Below, one piece after another: positions 28,825 through 37,751 of a DNA stretch of 64,000 bases (its first letter is position 1; each line of letters begins with the position of its first letter). The translations under genes and the position numbers were made by a program. The stretch lies in the NCBI GenBank assembly GCA_021735655.1, contig JAIPGM010000006.1:36491-100490 (forward strand), given 5' to 3'. The stretch is from Candidatus Omnitrophota bacterium. GTDB taxonomy: Bacteria > Omnitrophota > Gorgyraeia > Duberdicusellales > 4484-171. The notes under the pieces were generated by a model. That model was not told where the DNA came from, did no database searches, and was given only the letters and a program-made list of their open reading frames with translations.

Positions 28825-29411
28825 CTGGTGGACCTCCTTATCTTATAATTCTTAAGCTGCCTCGGAAAATTAAAATATTCTTCTACTTTTTTATTTTTTT
28901 CAAACCTAGAATTAACTGAGGTAAAATTTTTCTGAATCAACATATAGCTACCCGGGGCAAAATTCCTAAAAAGACTATAGGATAAGCTATGAGAAAAAAC
29001 CTCCGAACTAAGCGGAGAGAGATAAAGGGTAAAGAGGATTATGCTCGAAAGCAACGCTGCCCGAAAAGATCCTGCAAAAAATGATACCCAACGTTCAAGA
29101 ATAGTTATATCCTGCCTCTTAAAAAGAAGTCTTACTATTAAACCTAAAAAACTAAAAATTGCCCTTATTCCTAAAAGAATTACCAGGAAAGCAACGAGAT
29201 AAAAATATCTTTCATTCAAAAAGAGTATTGATTTTCCTACCGTATCCCCGATAAAAGAATAATACTGAAAAGCAAAAAAAACTCCGAACAGCAATCCGAC
29301 TATCTTTATAATTTCACAAACGATTCCGCGAGATACTGAGATATAAAGAATTCGAACACAAAGAAGTAGAAATAATAAATCTATAAATACCGTCCAGGAA
29401 GACTGTCCCAT
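28821..29411 (-). CDS. CvpA-like membrane protein.
   Basis: 196 aa with 4 TM helices. Size and topology resemble CvpA. The call is weak. Confidence 0.4.
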   Translation of the reverse strand: MGQSSWTVFIDLLFLLLCVRILYISVSRGIVCEIIKIVGLLFGVFFAFQYYSFIGDTVGKSILFLNERYFYLVAFLVILLGIRAIFSFLGLIVRLLFKRQDITILERWVSFFAGSFRAALLSSIILFTLYLSPLSSEVFSHSLSYSLFRNFAPGSYMLIQKNFTSVNSRFEKNKKVEEYFNFPRQLKNYKIRRSTR

Positions 29412-29538
29412 ATTTTATAATTTAATAGTATATAACATATAGCTAAAGGAATGTCAAGCTTCCTCTAAGCTTCCCTATCCCAAACGCAGCCAAAGGGTTG
29501 ATTTTTCATAGGCTTTATGGTAAGTTAAACACAATACC

Positions 29539-30666
29539 ATGAAAAATGAAGATTTTGCCATAGCTTTTAGCGAAAAGGAAGGGGAAGAAGCAGTCAAAGA
29601 GGTATCTTTGAAAATAAAACGAATCTTCCCCAAAAAAATAAACTATATTATACTTATGTTTACTCCTGATTACACCCCGGCTCAAATCATAAAAACAATA
29701 AACTTTACCTTAAAGCCTAAAAAACTCTTTTGTTTACAAGCCCCCTGGTTAATCTTTGAAGATAAATCCATCCCCAAAGGGATTGTAGCTTGCTGCATCA
29801 ATAAAGAAAATCTATATTCCCATGAATCATTTCTCGAAGAAAAAAAATCAGACGAAACCGAAGCATTTTTTCGCTCAGCCTTTAAAAATATGCGGAAAAC
29901 CGACTATTTCTTTTTATCGTTTATTTCCCCCTCAATTAACCCAAATAGTTATTTAAATAGTATGAAATTATCTTTAGGGGAAGCTGTTAACTCACTCGGC
30001 ATCGGTTACATGAAACATTTTGGCCAGCACAGCTATCAAATAATTAATGACCAGATCAACCAAGGTTTAACTAACATCGCCTTAAGAGGTCTCGAGGTAG
30101 ATACTCTGCAATTAAGCGGATATGTGCCTTTAGGGCGGCCGTTCAAAATCACCAAAGTAGTTCCTAGCCGAAATCTAATCGTGGAGATCAACGAACAACC
30201 AGCAGTTAAAATCTACCGTCATTACGCTGATGATAAATATGAAACCTTTATGAAAAAGAAACTTTTCAATCTTTACCCCCTGGGAATCAGGAAAAATGGT
30301 TCTATCCAACTAGTAAACATAATCGAATGCTTGCAGGACGGATCTCTAGTGTATACCGGCGAGGTAAAGGAAGGCTCTGAAGCTCATATTATGTTCCTTG
30401 ATACCACCTCTTTGTTCAGTGAAATTAAAAATAAACTATTTTTATTCCAGCAAAAAGGACAAGGGTTGGTTTTCATGGTGAATTCTTTAGTTCGGAAAAA
30501 AATCTTGCAGGATTTAGCTAATGATGAGATAAAGTTCATAAAGCAAACTCTGGGCAAAGAATCAAAAATTATCGGAGTATACTCTGACTACTGTTTATCG
30601 GCCGACCAGGAAAAAGGCCAAATTGATGTAGAAACTGGAAAACTTTTATTAACCTTGTGGAATTAA
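29539..30666 (+). CDS. Putative FIST-type sensory domain protein.
   Basis: Soluble 375-aa protein encoded immediately upstream of, and overlapping, the histidine kinase. No catalytic motifs. The FIST assignment is from memory only. Confidence 0.4.
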   Translation: MKNEDFAIAFSEKEGEEAVKEVSLKIKRIFPKKINYIILMFTPDYTPAQIIKTINFTLKPKKLFCLQAPWLIFEDKSIPKGIVACCINKENLYSHESFLEEKKSDETEAFFRSAFKNMRKTDYFFLSFISPSINPNSYLNSMKLSLGEAVNSLGIGYMKHFGQHSYQIINDQINQGLTNIALRGLEVDTLQLSGYVPLGRPFKITKVVPSRNLIVEINEQPAVKIYRHYADDKYETFMKKKLFNLYPLGIRKNGSIQLVNIIECLQDGSLVYTGEVKEGSEAHIMFLDTTSLFSEIKNKLFLFQQKGQGLVFMVNSLVRKKILQDLANDEIKFIKQTLGKESKIIGVYSDYCLSADQEKGQIDVETGKLLLTLWN

Positions 30667-32138
30667 ATATGTTTGAATCACTAGCTACTATCGACCCCTT
30701 GGGCATCATAGCATTTCTACTCTTTATTGCAATAATGCTTCTGTTAATCTATTTATTAAAAAAAGGGAAACGCCTTTCGATACTAGAAAAAGAACTTATT
30801 CACCAAGATAGGATAATTAAAAATTTAGACCAGCAAGCAAAGCTAATTATAAAAAGCGACATGGAAGTAAAGCTTTACCAACAAGAGATAGAAAGTGAAT
30901 TACGTAAATTGACAATGATCAGAAATTTAATCAGCTCTTCGGTACATATTCTCGATAAAGAAACCTTAGTGAGCCAAGTAGATTCAAAAGTTGTCGAAGC
31001 CTTAGGATTCAAGCGAGGTTTAGTTTTAGACTTTAACACTTTGGCGGTTAGAGCGAATATCGGCCTTAGCGCCAAAGAAATTGAGTCGGTAAAAAACGTC
31101 CTCCAATACAAAAAAGAAGCTTTTAAAGAAACTCAGCTTTTACGTCAAGATTCGGAAATTCAAAAACAGCTTCAAGTCGCGACACAATCTGATCAGTTAA
31201 TGGTAGCTACAATAAGATCTAGGGAACAAACCCATTCAATATTCCTAGTTTCCGAACTCTTAACCGCCCCCAACGTTTCGAAGTCAGAAGGCGAAGCTTT
31301 TGTAACTATTTGTAGTTATTTAAGCCAATGCCTAAACAATATCCAGTTATTCGAAGAACTTTATCACACTAAAGATGACTTGGAGAAAAAAATTAAAGAG
31401 AGAACCAGCGAATTAGTTAAATCATTAAGAGCGGTTGAAACTATTAGTAAATCTAAAACTGACTTTGTGTCCAGCGTTTCCCATGAGCTGAGAACCCCGC
31501 TCACCTCAGTAAAAGGATTTTCATCTCTCTTGATCGATGAAAAGTTTGGCAAATTACCCAAAGAGGCCAGAGATCGGCTTATTAAAATTGACACCAATGT
31601 AGACAAACTTATGGACATTGTAAATATCCTTCTAGATATCTCTCGAATCGAATCAGGGAAAACCGAAACTCATATCATCTCCCATGAAATCGTGAAAATT
31701 ATCACTGAAGTTACTGACTTTCTCACTCCGCAAACTCAAAGCAAAGGAATAAAGTTTGCTTTTGATTTACCGAAACAGCTAAAAGTTTATATGGATAAAA
31801 CCCTTATTGAACGCGTTTTTATCAACTTAATTAACAACGCTATAAAATTTACCGGTTCCGACGGTGAGATAAAAATTAGTTGCAAAGAAGACGCAGATCA
31901 AGTTATAATCTCTGTGGCCGATACTGGTTGCGGAATCAAAAAAGATCACCTAGAAAAAGTGTTTCAAGAATTTTTTACAGTAGCCAATCCGGTCAACCAA
32001 GGTGCAAAAGGAAGCGGCCTAGGCCTTTCTTTAGTAAAAAAAATTATCGACATCCATAAAGGAAAAATATGGATAGAATCAGAAGTAGACAAGGGAACTA
32101 CTTTCTACTTTACCTTAAAGGTAGCAAAAAATGTCTAA
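30657..32138 (+). CDS. Sensor histidine kinase (TM, GAF-like, HisKA and HATPase_c).
   Basis: H-box FVSSVSHELRTPLTSVKGF. N, G1 and G2 boxes INNAIKFT, VADTGCGI and GSGLGLSLVKKI. Confidence 0.85.
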   Translation: MELNMFESLATIDPLGIIAFLLFIAIMLLLIYLLKKGKRLSILEKELIHQDRIIKNLDQQAKLIIKSDMEVKLYQQEIESELRKLTMIRNLISSSVHILDKETLVSQVDSKVVEALGFKRGLVLDFNTLAVRANIGLSAKEIESVKNVLQYKKEAFKETQLLRQDSEIQKQLQVATQSDQLMVATIRSREQTHSIFLVSELLTAPNVSKSEGEAFVTICSYLSQCLNNIQLFEELYHTKDDLEKKIKERTSELVKSLRAVETISKSKTDFVSSVSHELRTPLTSVKGFSSLLIDEKFGKLPKEARDRLIKIDTNVDKLMDIVNILLDISRIESGKTETHIISHEIVKIITEVTDFLTPQTQSKGIKFAFDLPKQLKVYMDKTLIERVFINLINNAIKFTGSDGEIKISCKEDADQVIISVADTGCGIKKDHLEKVFQEFFTVANPVNQGAKGSGLGLSLVKKIIDIHKGKIWIESEVDKGTTFYFTLKVAKNV

Positions 32139-33060
32139 ATTAAAAATTTTAATTGTTGATGATGACCCAGATATTTTAGATTTACTTGAAGCAACTTTGC
32201 TCGGAGAATACAATATAGTAAAAGCGGCGACCGGTGAGGAAGCCCTGGCAATGGTTAAAAAAGAATCCCCTAACCTTTTAGTCTTAGACTACGTCCTTCC
32301 AGACACTGAAGGTCCGGAAATTTGTAAAGCAATAAGAAAAGATACTCTGGCTTCAAACACACCAATTCTTATGCTTACCGGAAAAGGTGAAATCGAGGAC
32401 AAGGTCGGCGGCCTAGAAGCTGGCGCCGACGACTATATGCTTAAACCTTTCCTGCCGCAAGAATTAATCGCCAGGGTTCGCATGCTCATTCGTCGTTCCT
32501 GCGCTAATCTAGACGCTAACCCCTTAACTCGTTTACCAGGTAATGCCTCAATAACCAAAGAACTACAAGAAAAAATAACAAGCAAAGAAAAAATAGCAGT
32601 TCTCAATGTTGATATCGATAACTTCAAAGCCCTAAACGACTACTACGGCTTCGAACGAGGAGACAGTGCAATCAAAACAACTGCTCGTATCCTTATCGAC
32701 AGCATTCAAAGTAAAGGAAATATTAATGATTTTGTCGGTCATATCGGAGGCGATGATTTTGTAATCGTCTCAACTCCGGAATGTGCTGAGGAAATTGCAA
32801 AAAAAATAGTTACTGACTTTGACGCCCAGGCCCCTTTATTCTTTAGCGAAGAAGACCGAGCTAAAGGCTATATCGAATCTAAGGGTCGCGACAATGAACT
32901 ACACCGGTTCGGTTTTGTCACTATTTCAATTGGAATTATCGCTAATACAGACCGTGAATTTACTCACACCGCCCAAGTAAGTTCACTCGGAGCCGACATA
33001 AAAAATATCGCTAAGAAATTTAACGGCAGTAAATACATTTTTGACCGACGCAAAGATTAG
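32131..33060 (+). CDS. Response regulator receiver plus a GGDEF-like domain with variant motif GGDDF.
   Basis: Receiver with the phospho-Asp in LLVLDYVLPD. The GGDEF domain reads HIGGDDFVIV. Confidence 0.8.
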   Translation: MSKLKILIVDDDPDILDLLEATLLGEYNIVKAATGEEALAMVKKESPNLLVLDYVLPDTEGPEICKAIRKDTLASNTPILMLTGKGEIEDKVGGLEAGADDYMLKPFLPQELIARVRMLIRRSCANLDANPLTRLPGNASITKELQEKITSKEKIAVLNVDIDNFKALNDYYGFERGDSAIKTTARILIDSIQSKGNINDFVGHIGGDDFVIVSTPECAEEIAKKIVTDFDAQAPLFFSEEDRAKGYIESKGRDNELHRFGFVTISIGIIANTDREFTHTAQVSSLGADIKNIAKKFNGSKYIFDRRKD

Positions 33061-33110
33061 TTCATACCAAATCATCGTCTTAATCCTTCCCAAAAATGTA
33101 TTTTATCATT

Positions 33111-33194
33111 GCGAGGGTGGCGGAATTGGCAGACGCGCTAGCTTGAGGGGCTAGTGGTAGTAATACTGTGGGGGTTCAAATCCCCCCCTTCGCA
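33111..33194 (+). tRNA. tRNA-Leu (anticodon GAG).
   Basis: GCGAGGG acceptor stem, anticodon loop TTGAGGG, long variable arm, and T-arm GGGGGTTCAAATCCCCC. Confidence 0.85.
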
Positions 33195-33207
33195 TTGCTT
33201 ACTAGAT

Positions 33208-33846
33208 TCATCGTTGGTGGTTCAATAAAACAAATTTCTTAAACAAACCTACACTTTGAGAATTAACTTCTAAAACATCTTTTTTCTCATACTCTTTGCC
33301 TTTCAAAAATTCATCCACTCGATCAATATCAAACTCAAGTTTAGACGTTTTAAAATGCATCGGGATGGTAACTTTGGGATTAATCTTATCAATAACCCTT
33401 GATGCGGCTTCAGAATCTAAAGTGAAAGTTCCACCTACCGGGATTAAAACAATATCAATATTCTGAAATTTAAAATACTCTATATCCTCAGTCCCTAAAT
33501 CACCAAAATGTACGACCTTCAAGCCCTCGACAGCAATAGTAAAAATTATGTTTTCCCCCCGCAACTTGCCTCCCTTAGCATCGTGGTACGAATTCAGACC
33601 TTCTATTTTTACATCTTTGAAGTTAAACGTCTCTGCTTTATCAACAATCTTGGCCATTTTAAAAGGCTGAATATGGTTATGATCGGCATGCTGATGAGAT
33701 ACAGTTACAATATCAGCCTCAAGGTCAATCGGGCCATAGGCAACTGCACCGTCATAACCTCCGGACTCATAGGGATCTGTAATAATTTTAGTGCCCTGGT
33801 TGGTTTCTAGCAAAAATGAAGCATGACCCAGCCAGCTTAATTTCAT
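33208..33846 (-). CDS. MBL-fold metallo-hydrolase.
   Basis: HQHADHNH metal-binding motif. Confidence 0.8.
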   Translation of the reverse strand: MKLSWLGHASFLLETNQGTKIITDPYESGGYDGAVAYGPIDLEADIVTVSHQHADHNHIQPFKMAKIVDKAETFNFKDVKIEGLNSYHDAKGGKLRGENIIFTIAVEGLKVVHFGDLGTEDIEYFKFQNIDIVLIPVGGTFTLDSEAASRVIDKINPKVTIPMHFKTSKLEFDIDRVDEFLKGKEYEKKDVLEVNSQSVGLFKKFVLLNHQR

Positions 33847-34499
33847 TTCACTGCCTCAAGTATTTCTTTAGATATTCCGATATCAACCACAAAAACCTGC
33901 CCACAATATTCAGGACCTTGATTTAAAAAAAATCCTTTTTTAGGAGCAATGAAAGTAACCGTGTAGTCGGCCTTTATCGCCGTCCCCAGGACAAATCCCT
34001 GATCGGGAGAAAGCCCCGAAGGGATATCACAAGAAACTATTCTTTTGCTATTCTGATTAACTATTGTAATTACCTCTTTCAAGAAGGGGCTCACCTCCCC
34101 TTTCACGCCTACGCCTAAGATACCCTCAAGAACAAAATCGCAAAGACCAGCCTCTTGCTTAAGTTTATCAAAACTATCAGCAGTAATCGAAAACAGCGGT
34201 AAGTCTATTTTCTCTAAAATCAACTTCTGACGAAGCGCTTCTTTACCTAGGGGTTTATCTTCTAGCAACGCTATTTTTACCTTAAAGCCTCGACTGGCTA
34301 ATTTCCGAGCACAACTTAAAACATCGGCTCCATTATTACCTCGCCCGGCAACTACAAAAACTTTTTGTCCTAAGTTTAGACTCTTGATTAGCTCAAAAAG
34401 ATTGCTCGATGCATTCTCAATAAGCAAAGACTCCTCCAGGCCCAAACCTTTTGCTTGCTTATCAAGCTTGCGTATTTGATCAACCGATAAACCTTTCAT
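33843..34499 (-). CDS. NAD(P)H-hydrate epimerase (YjeF N-terminal domain).
   Basis: VFVVAGRGNNGADVLSCARKL signature. Confidence 0.8.
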   Translation of the reverse strand: MKGLSVDQIRKLDKQAKGLGLEESLLIENASSNLFELIKSLNLGQKVFVVAGRGNNGADVLSCARKLASRGFKVKIALLEDKPLGKEALRQKLILEKIDLPLFSITADSFDKLKQEAGLCDFVLEGILGVGVKGEVSPFLKEVITIVNQNSKRIVSCDIPSGLSPDQGFVLGTAIKADYTVTFIAPKKGFFLNQGPEYCGQVFVVDIGISKEILEAVK

Positions 34500-34561
34500 A
34501 CTATCTTTAAAAATTAACTCTGGAGATTACACGCGGGGTTGACAATAAGAACTGCTATTTT

Positions 34562-35533
34562 CTAATGGGTATCCTTACCCCTATCCTTTTTCTGGAATAA
34601 ACCCAAAAACTTATCCTCGTACTCACTATAGACATTCCAGTGGTCAAGCTCTTCCTTTAACTTATTGGCTAGACTTATATCTTTTTCAGCATCCTTAAAC
34701 AGCTTTTCTATTTTTCCTCTTACTGACTGCGGTAATTTTGTATATGCCGCTAAGTCCTTCTTGATTTTTTCAATATCTTCCTCACTTAAAGGAGAAGGTG
34801 CGCCCTCTTGAGGCTCACCTTTTAAATAGCTCATTAACTTATCTATCTCCTCTTCGATGAACTTCGACCGCTCAATTAAAGAATCAAGATTCAAACTCAT
34901 CTTTAGAAAACTTTTTAAAATATCCAAAACCTTTGCTATCGCCCTAGGGTTTTCAATTTGAACGGTATAAAAAGGAATCTCACCTAAAAGACAAACACCC
35001 TTGATGCCCTTTCGCTTACCAACTCCTAAAATAATTCCATTTAACCCGCTAACTTGCCCTTCGGTTAAAATTTTAGCGCCAATTTTTTCAAATGCCTTTA
35101 AGCTTTCATTGTGAGTCGCCGCCACCCAAACTCTAGATTCACTTTTATGATCAATTGACTCCGGCTTAGCCGCAAAAGTAAACATTGTCGCAGCTTTGTA
35201 TTTTTTAACATAATTAACTATTGCCAAAGAAAGGGTCTCGGCATATTCTAGAGGCGGTTGGACTTCACCCAAAAAAAGAATTATATCTGGAGCACTTTTT
35301 CCTTTATAGTAATAAAAAAATCCTGCCGGCTGCGATGGCATAGAAATGATTCCTTTCTGGATAATTACCGCTGCTGGCTTAAAAAACCGATAAGGCTCCA
35401 ACTTGGCAAAAACTTTGAACCCTAAAACTTCCTTTAAGAATAAAGCACTTTTGTAGGCAACTTCACCCATACCTGGCCAAGCAGCAATAAAAATTGGATT
35501 CTTTAACTTCGGGGTCGATATTTCTTTAATCAT
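34562..35533 (-). CDS. Hypothetical protein, possibly PAC2-family-like.
   Basis: IFIAAWPGMGEVA is a glycine-rich N-terminal motif. There is no further recognisable signature. Confidence 0.3.
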   Translation of the reverse strand: MIKEISTPKLKNPIFIAAWPGMGEVAYKSALFLKEVLGFKVFAKLEPYRFFKPAAVIIQKGIISMPSQPAGFFYYYKGKSAPDIILFLGEVQPPLEYAETLSLAIVNYVKKYKAATMFTFAAKPESIDHKSESRVWVAATHNESLKAFEKIGAKILTEGQVSGLNGIILGVGKRKGIKGVCLLGEIPFYTVQIENPRAIAKVLDILKSFLKMSLNLDSLIERSKFIEEEIDKLMSYLKGEPQEGAPSPLSEEDIEKIKKDLAAYTKLPQSVRGKIEKLFKDAEKDISLANKLKEELDHWNVYSEYEDKFLGLFQKKDRGKDTH

Positions 35534-35592
35534 TTATTCAATAATTTATCACAAGTATACTGAAAAACAAGAAAAATAAAAATTAACCCTAA

Positions 35593-36252
35593 CTACTCTA
35601 AAGTTGCATGCTCTTGAACGTGCAAAATTATGTCCAAAATGATTTTTGCTAATACCATCGCTGGTAATAAGCCGACCTTGCAATCTATGCTTGTCATTTC
35701 ATCTTTCATAATATTAATTGCGGTGATGGCTGATCCAATGATAGCTAAAACTCCAATAACAGTTACCCTTATAACACACTCACCCATTAATTTCATTGCC
35801 TTAGCTTTTTCATACTCTTTCTTCCCCAAAAAATTAGCGATGTAGGATATGGTATGAATAATTAGGAATAAAAAAACTATATAGAGAATTCTATCTAAAT
35901 GTATTTTTTCCGTAGCTGCCCCGCCAAAAAGCGAGAACGTAAATCCGGCCATCAAAAGCGTAAAAAAGTAAAAGAAATAAAATATTTCTGCCCACCCTCC
36001 CTGTTTAGATGAATCTCGCCTTTCCGGTTTGCTCTTAGCTACGACCCTCTCTGATCTTTTTATTTTTTTCTGAAAAATAAATAAAAGTATTAAAGTCTCT
36101 GCCACATAACTGATAAAAATATCTATAAATTGCCACCCGTAGAATAAAACATTCCATAATGGGAAAAGATTGGCCGCAACAAGCAATATGATAGTAAGAT
36201 AGGGTATCTGTTTTAAGTTAACCTTCATAATATTTATGGAATTTGTATTCAA
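35593..36252 (-). CDS. Multi-TM membrane protein of unknown function.
   Basis: 219 aa with 5-6 hydrophobic helices. Confidence 0.4.
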   Translation of the reverse strand: MNTNSINIMKVNLKQIPYLTIILLVAANLFPLWNVLFYGWQFIDIFISYVAETLILLFIFQKKIKRSERVVAKSKPERRDSSKQGGWAEIFYFFYFFTLLMAGFTFSLFGGAATEKIHLDRILYIVFLFLIIHTISYIANFLGKKEYEKAKAMKLMGECVIRVTVIGVLAIIGSAITAINIMKDEMTSIDCKVGLLPAMVLAKIILDIILHVQEHATLE

Positions 36253-36256
36253 ACTT

Positions 36257-37507
36257 CTAACGTAGATTTTCTAAAAAATCTTTTATCTTTTTTTCGTCGC
36301 CGATATCCTTAGGAAAATAAAACTGCTGTTTAGCTCCGTAATCTTGTTCGATATATCCACCAAAGGCATGAGGATATTTATAGTCCTTAGAGTGAGTCTT
36401 AAGGTGTTCTGGCACTTCCCGAATTTCTTCGGCTTCAACCGCCTCCTGGGCCTGCTTGATTGCCATATAGGCAGAATTAGACTTAGGAGATGCTGCTAAA
36501 TAAATGGTACTTTGAGCTAAAATTAAATTGGCTTCGGGCATTCCGACGAACTCAACCGACTGAAAACAACTAGTCGCCATCACTAAAGCAAAAGGATTTG
36601 CATTACCAATATCTTCGGAAGCTAAAATAACTAATCTCCTGGCAATAAACCTCGGGTCTTCTCCGGCTTTAAGCATCTTTGCTAGCCAGTAAAGAGCGCT
36701 ATCAACATCACTACCACGCACCGATTTTATAAAAGCTGAAATAGTATCATAGTGATAATTATCTTTCCGATCATAAAGGATTTTCTTCTGAATACTTTCT
36801 TTGGCTACTTCGAAATTAAAAATTACCTTACCATTACTGTCCGGCTTTGTACTTAAGACCCCTAACTCTATTGCTCCCAGAGCGCTTCGGGCATCGCCAC
36901 CGGCCACCTCAGTAATATAATCTAAGGCTTTATTAGTAATTTCTACTTCTAAATTACCCAACCCTCTTTCTTTATCTATTAAGGCCCTCTTTAGCAAAAC
37001 CGCTATATCTTCTTTTTTTAAAGGTTTAAACTTGGCTACGATTGAACGAGAAATTAATGAAGGAATCAGATAATAGAAAGGATTGTAAACAGTAGCCCCA
37101 ATTAAAATTATACTCCCCGATTCTGTATCCGGAACAAGGGTTTCTTGTTGCAACTTACTAAATCGGTGTATTTCATCAATAAAGATAGCCGTTTTCCTAT
37201 TCTGTTTAGCTAATTTTATCTTTGCCTTCTCAATTGCTTTCTTAACTAGCGCGACCGAAGAAAAAGCAGCATTAAGATATTCAAACTCCGCACCTAGACT
37301 TTCAGCCACTATAAACCCTAAACTTGTCTTTCCACATCCAGCTGGGCCACAAATGATTATGGAAGTTACTCGCTTTGAAACGATTGCTCTTTTTAAAATG
37401 CAACCATCAGCTAAAACATGAGCCTGACCAACAAATTCATCTAAATTCCTAGGCCGCATCCTAACTGCTAAAGGTGAATCGTCAATTTTTAACTTTTGAT
37501 TTTCCAT
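36257..37507 (-). CDS. rarA: Replication-associated recombination protein A (AAA+ ATPase).
   Basis: GPAGCGKTSLG Walker A, DEIHRF Walker B, and a MgsA C-terminal domain. Confidence 0.9.
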   Translation of the reverse strand: MENQKLKIDDSPLAVRMRPRNLDEFVGQAHVLADGCILKRAIVSKRVTSIIICGPAGCGKTSLGFIVAESLGAEFEYLNAAFSSVALVKKAIEKAKIKLAKQNRKTAIFIDEIHRFSKLQQETLVPDTESGSIILIGATVYNPFYYLIPSLISRSIVAKFKPLKKEDIAVLLKRALIDKERGLGNLEVEITNKALDYITEVAGGDARSALGAIELGVLSTKPDSNGKVIFNFEVAKESIQKKILYDRKDNYHYDTISAFIKSVRGSDVDSALYWLAKMLKAGEDPRFIARRLVILASEDIGNANPFALVMATSCFQSVEFVGMPEANLILAQSTIYLAASPKSNSAYMAIKQAQEAVEAEEIREVPEHLKTHSKDYKYPHAFGGYIEQDYGAKQQFYFPKDIGDEKKIKDFLENLR

Positions 37508-37751
37508 CTTCGACTCAAAAAAAACAACCCTGCCATAAGTTCGTCCAGGCGATCGCTATTAGTTCGTTTCTCCTACAAGTGGGTGCCGCTTCTTATTACC
37601 ACAAAGGCAATAGGAAAACTAGCTCCCTGAAAATTAGTGTTAGCTATAGCGACCGTTACCCTAAAAACGCAACAAGCAGGGTGTTTAAATAATTATAACA
37701 CCCAGCACCGACATCTTCAAGGATATCTTAATCAAACTAAAACTAATCTTT

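Noticed and set aside
37474-37692. A 72-aa plus-strand ORF in the pheT-rarA gap.
   Set aside because: No ribosome-binding site, no domain, and it overlaps the rarA start region. The gap is better explained as noncoding.
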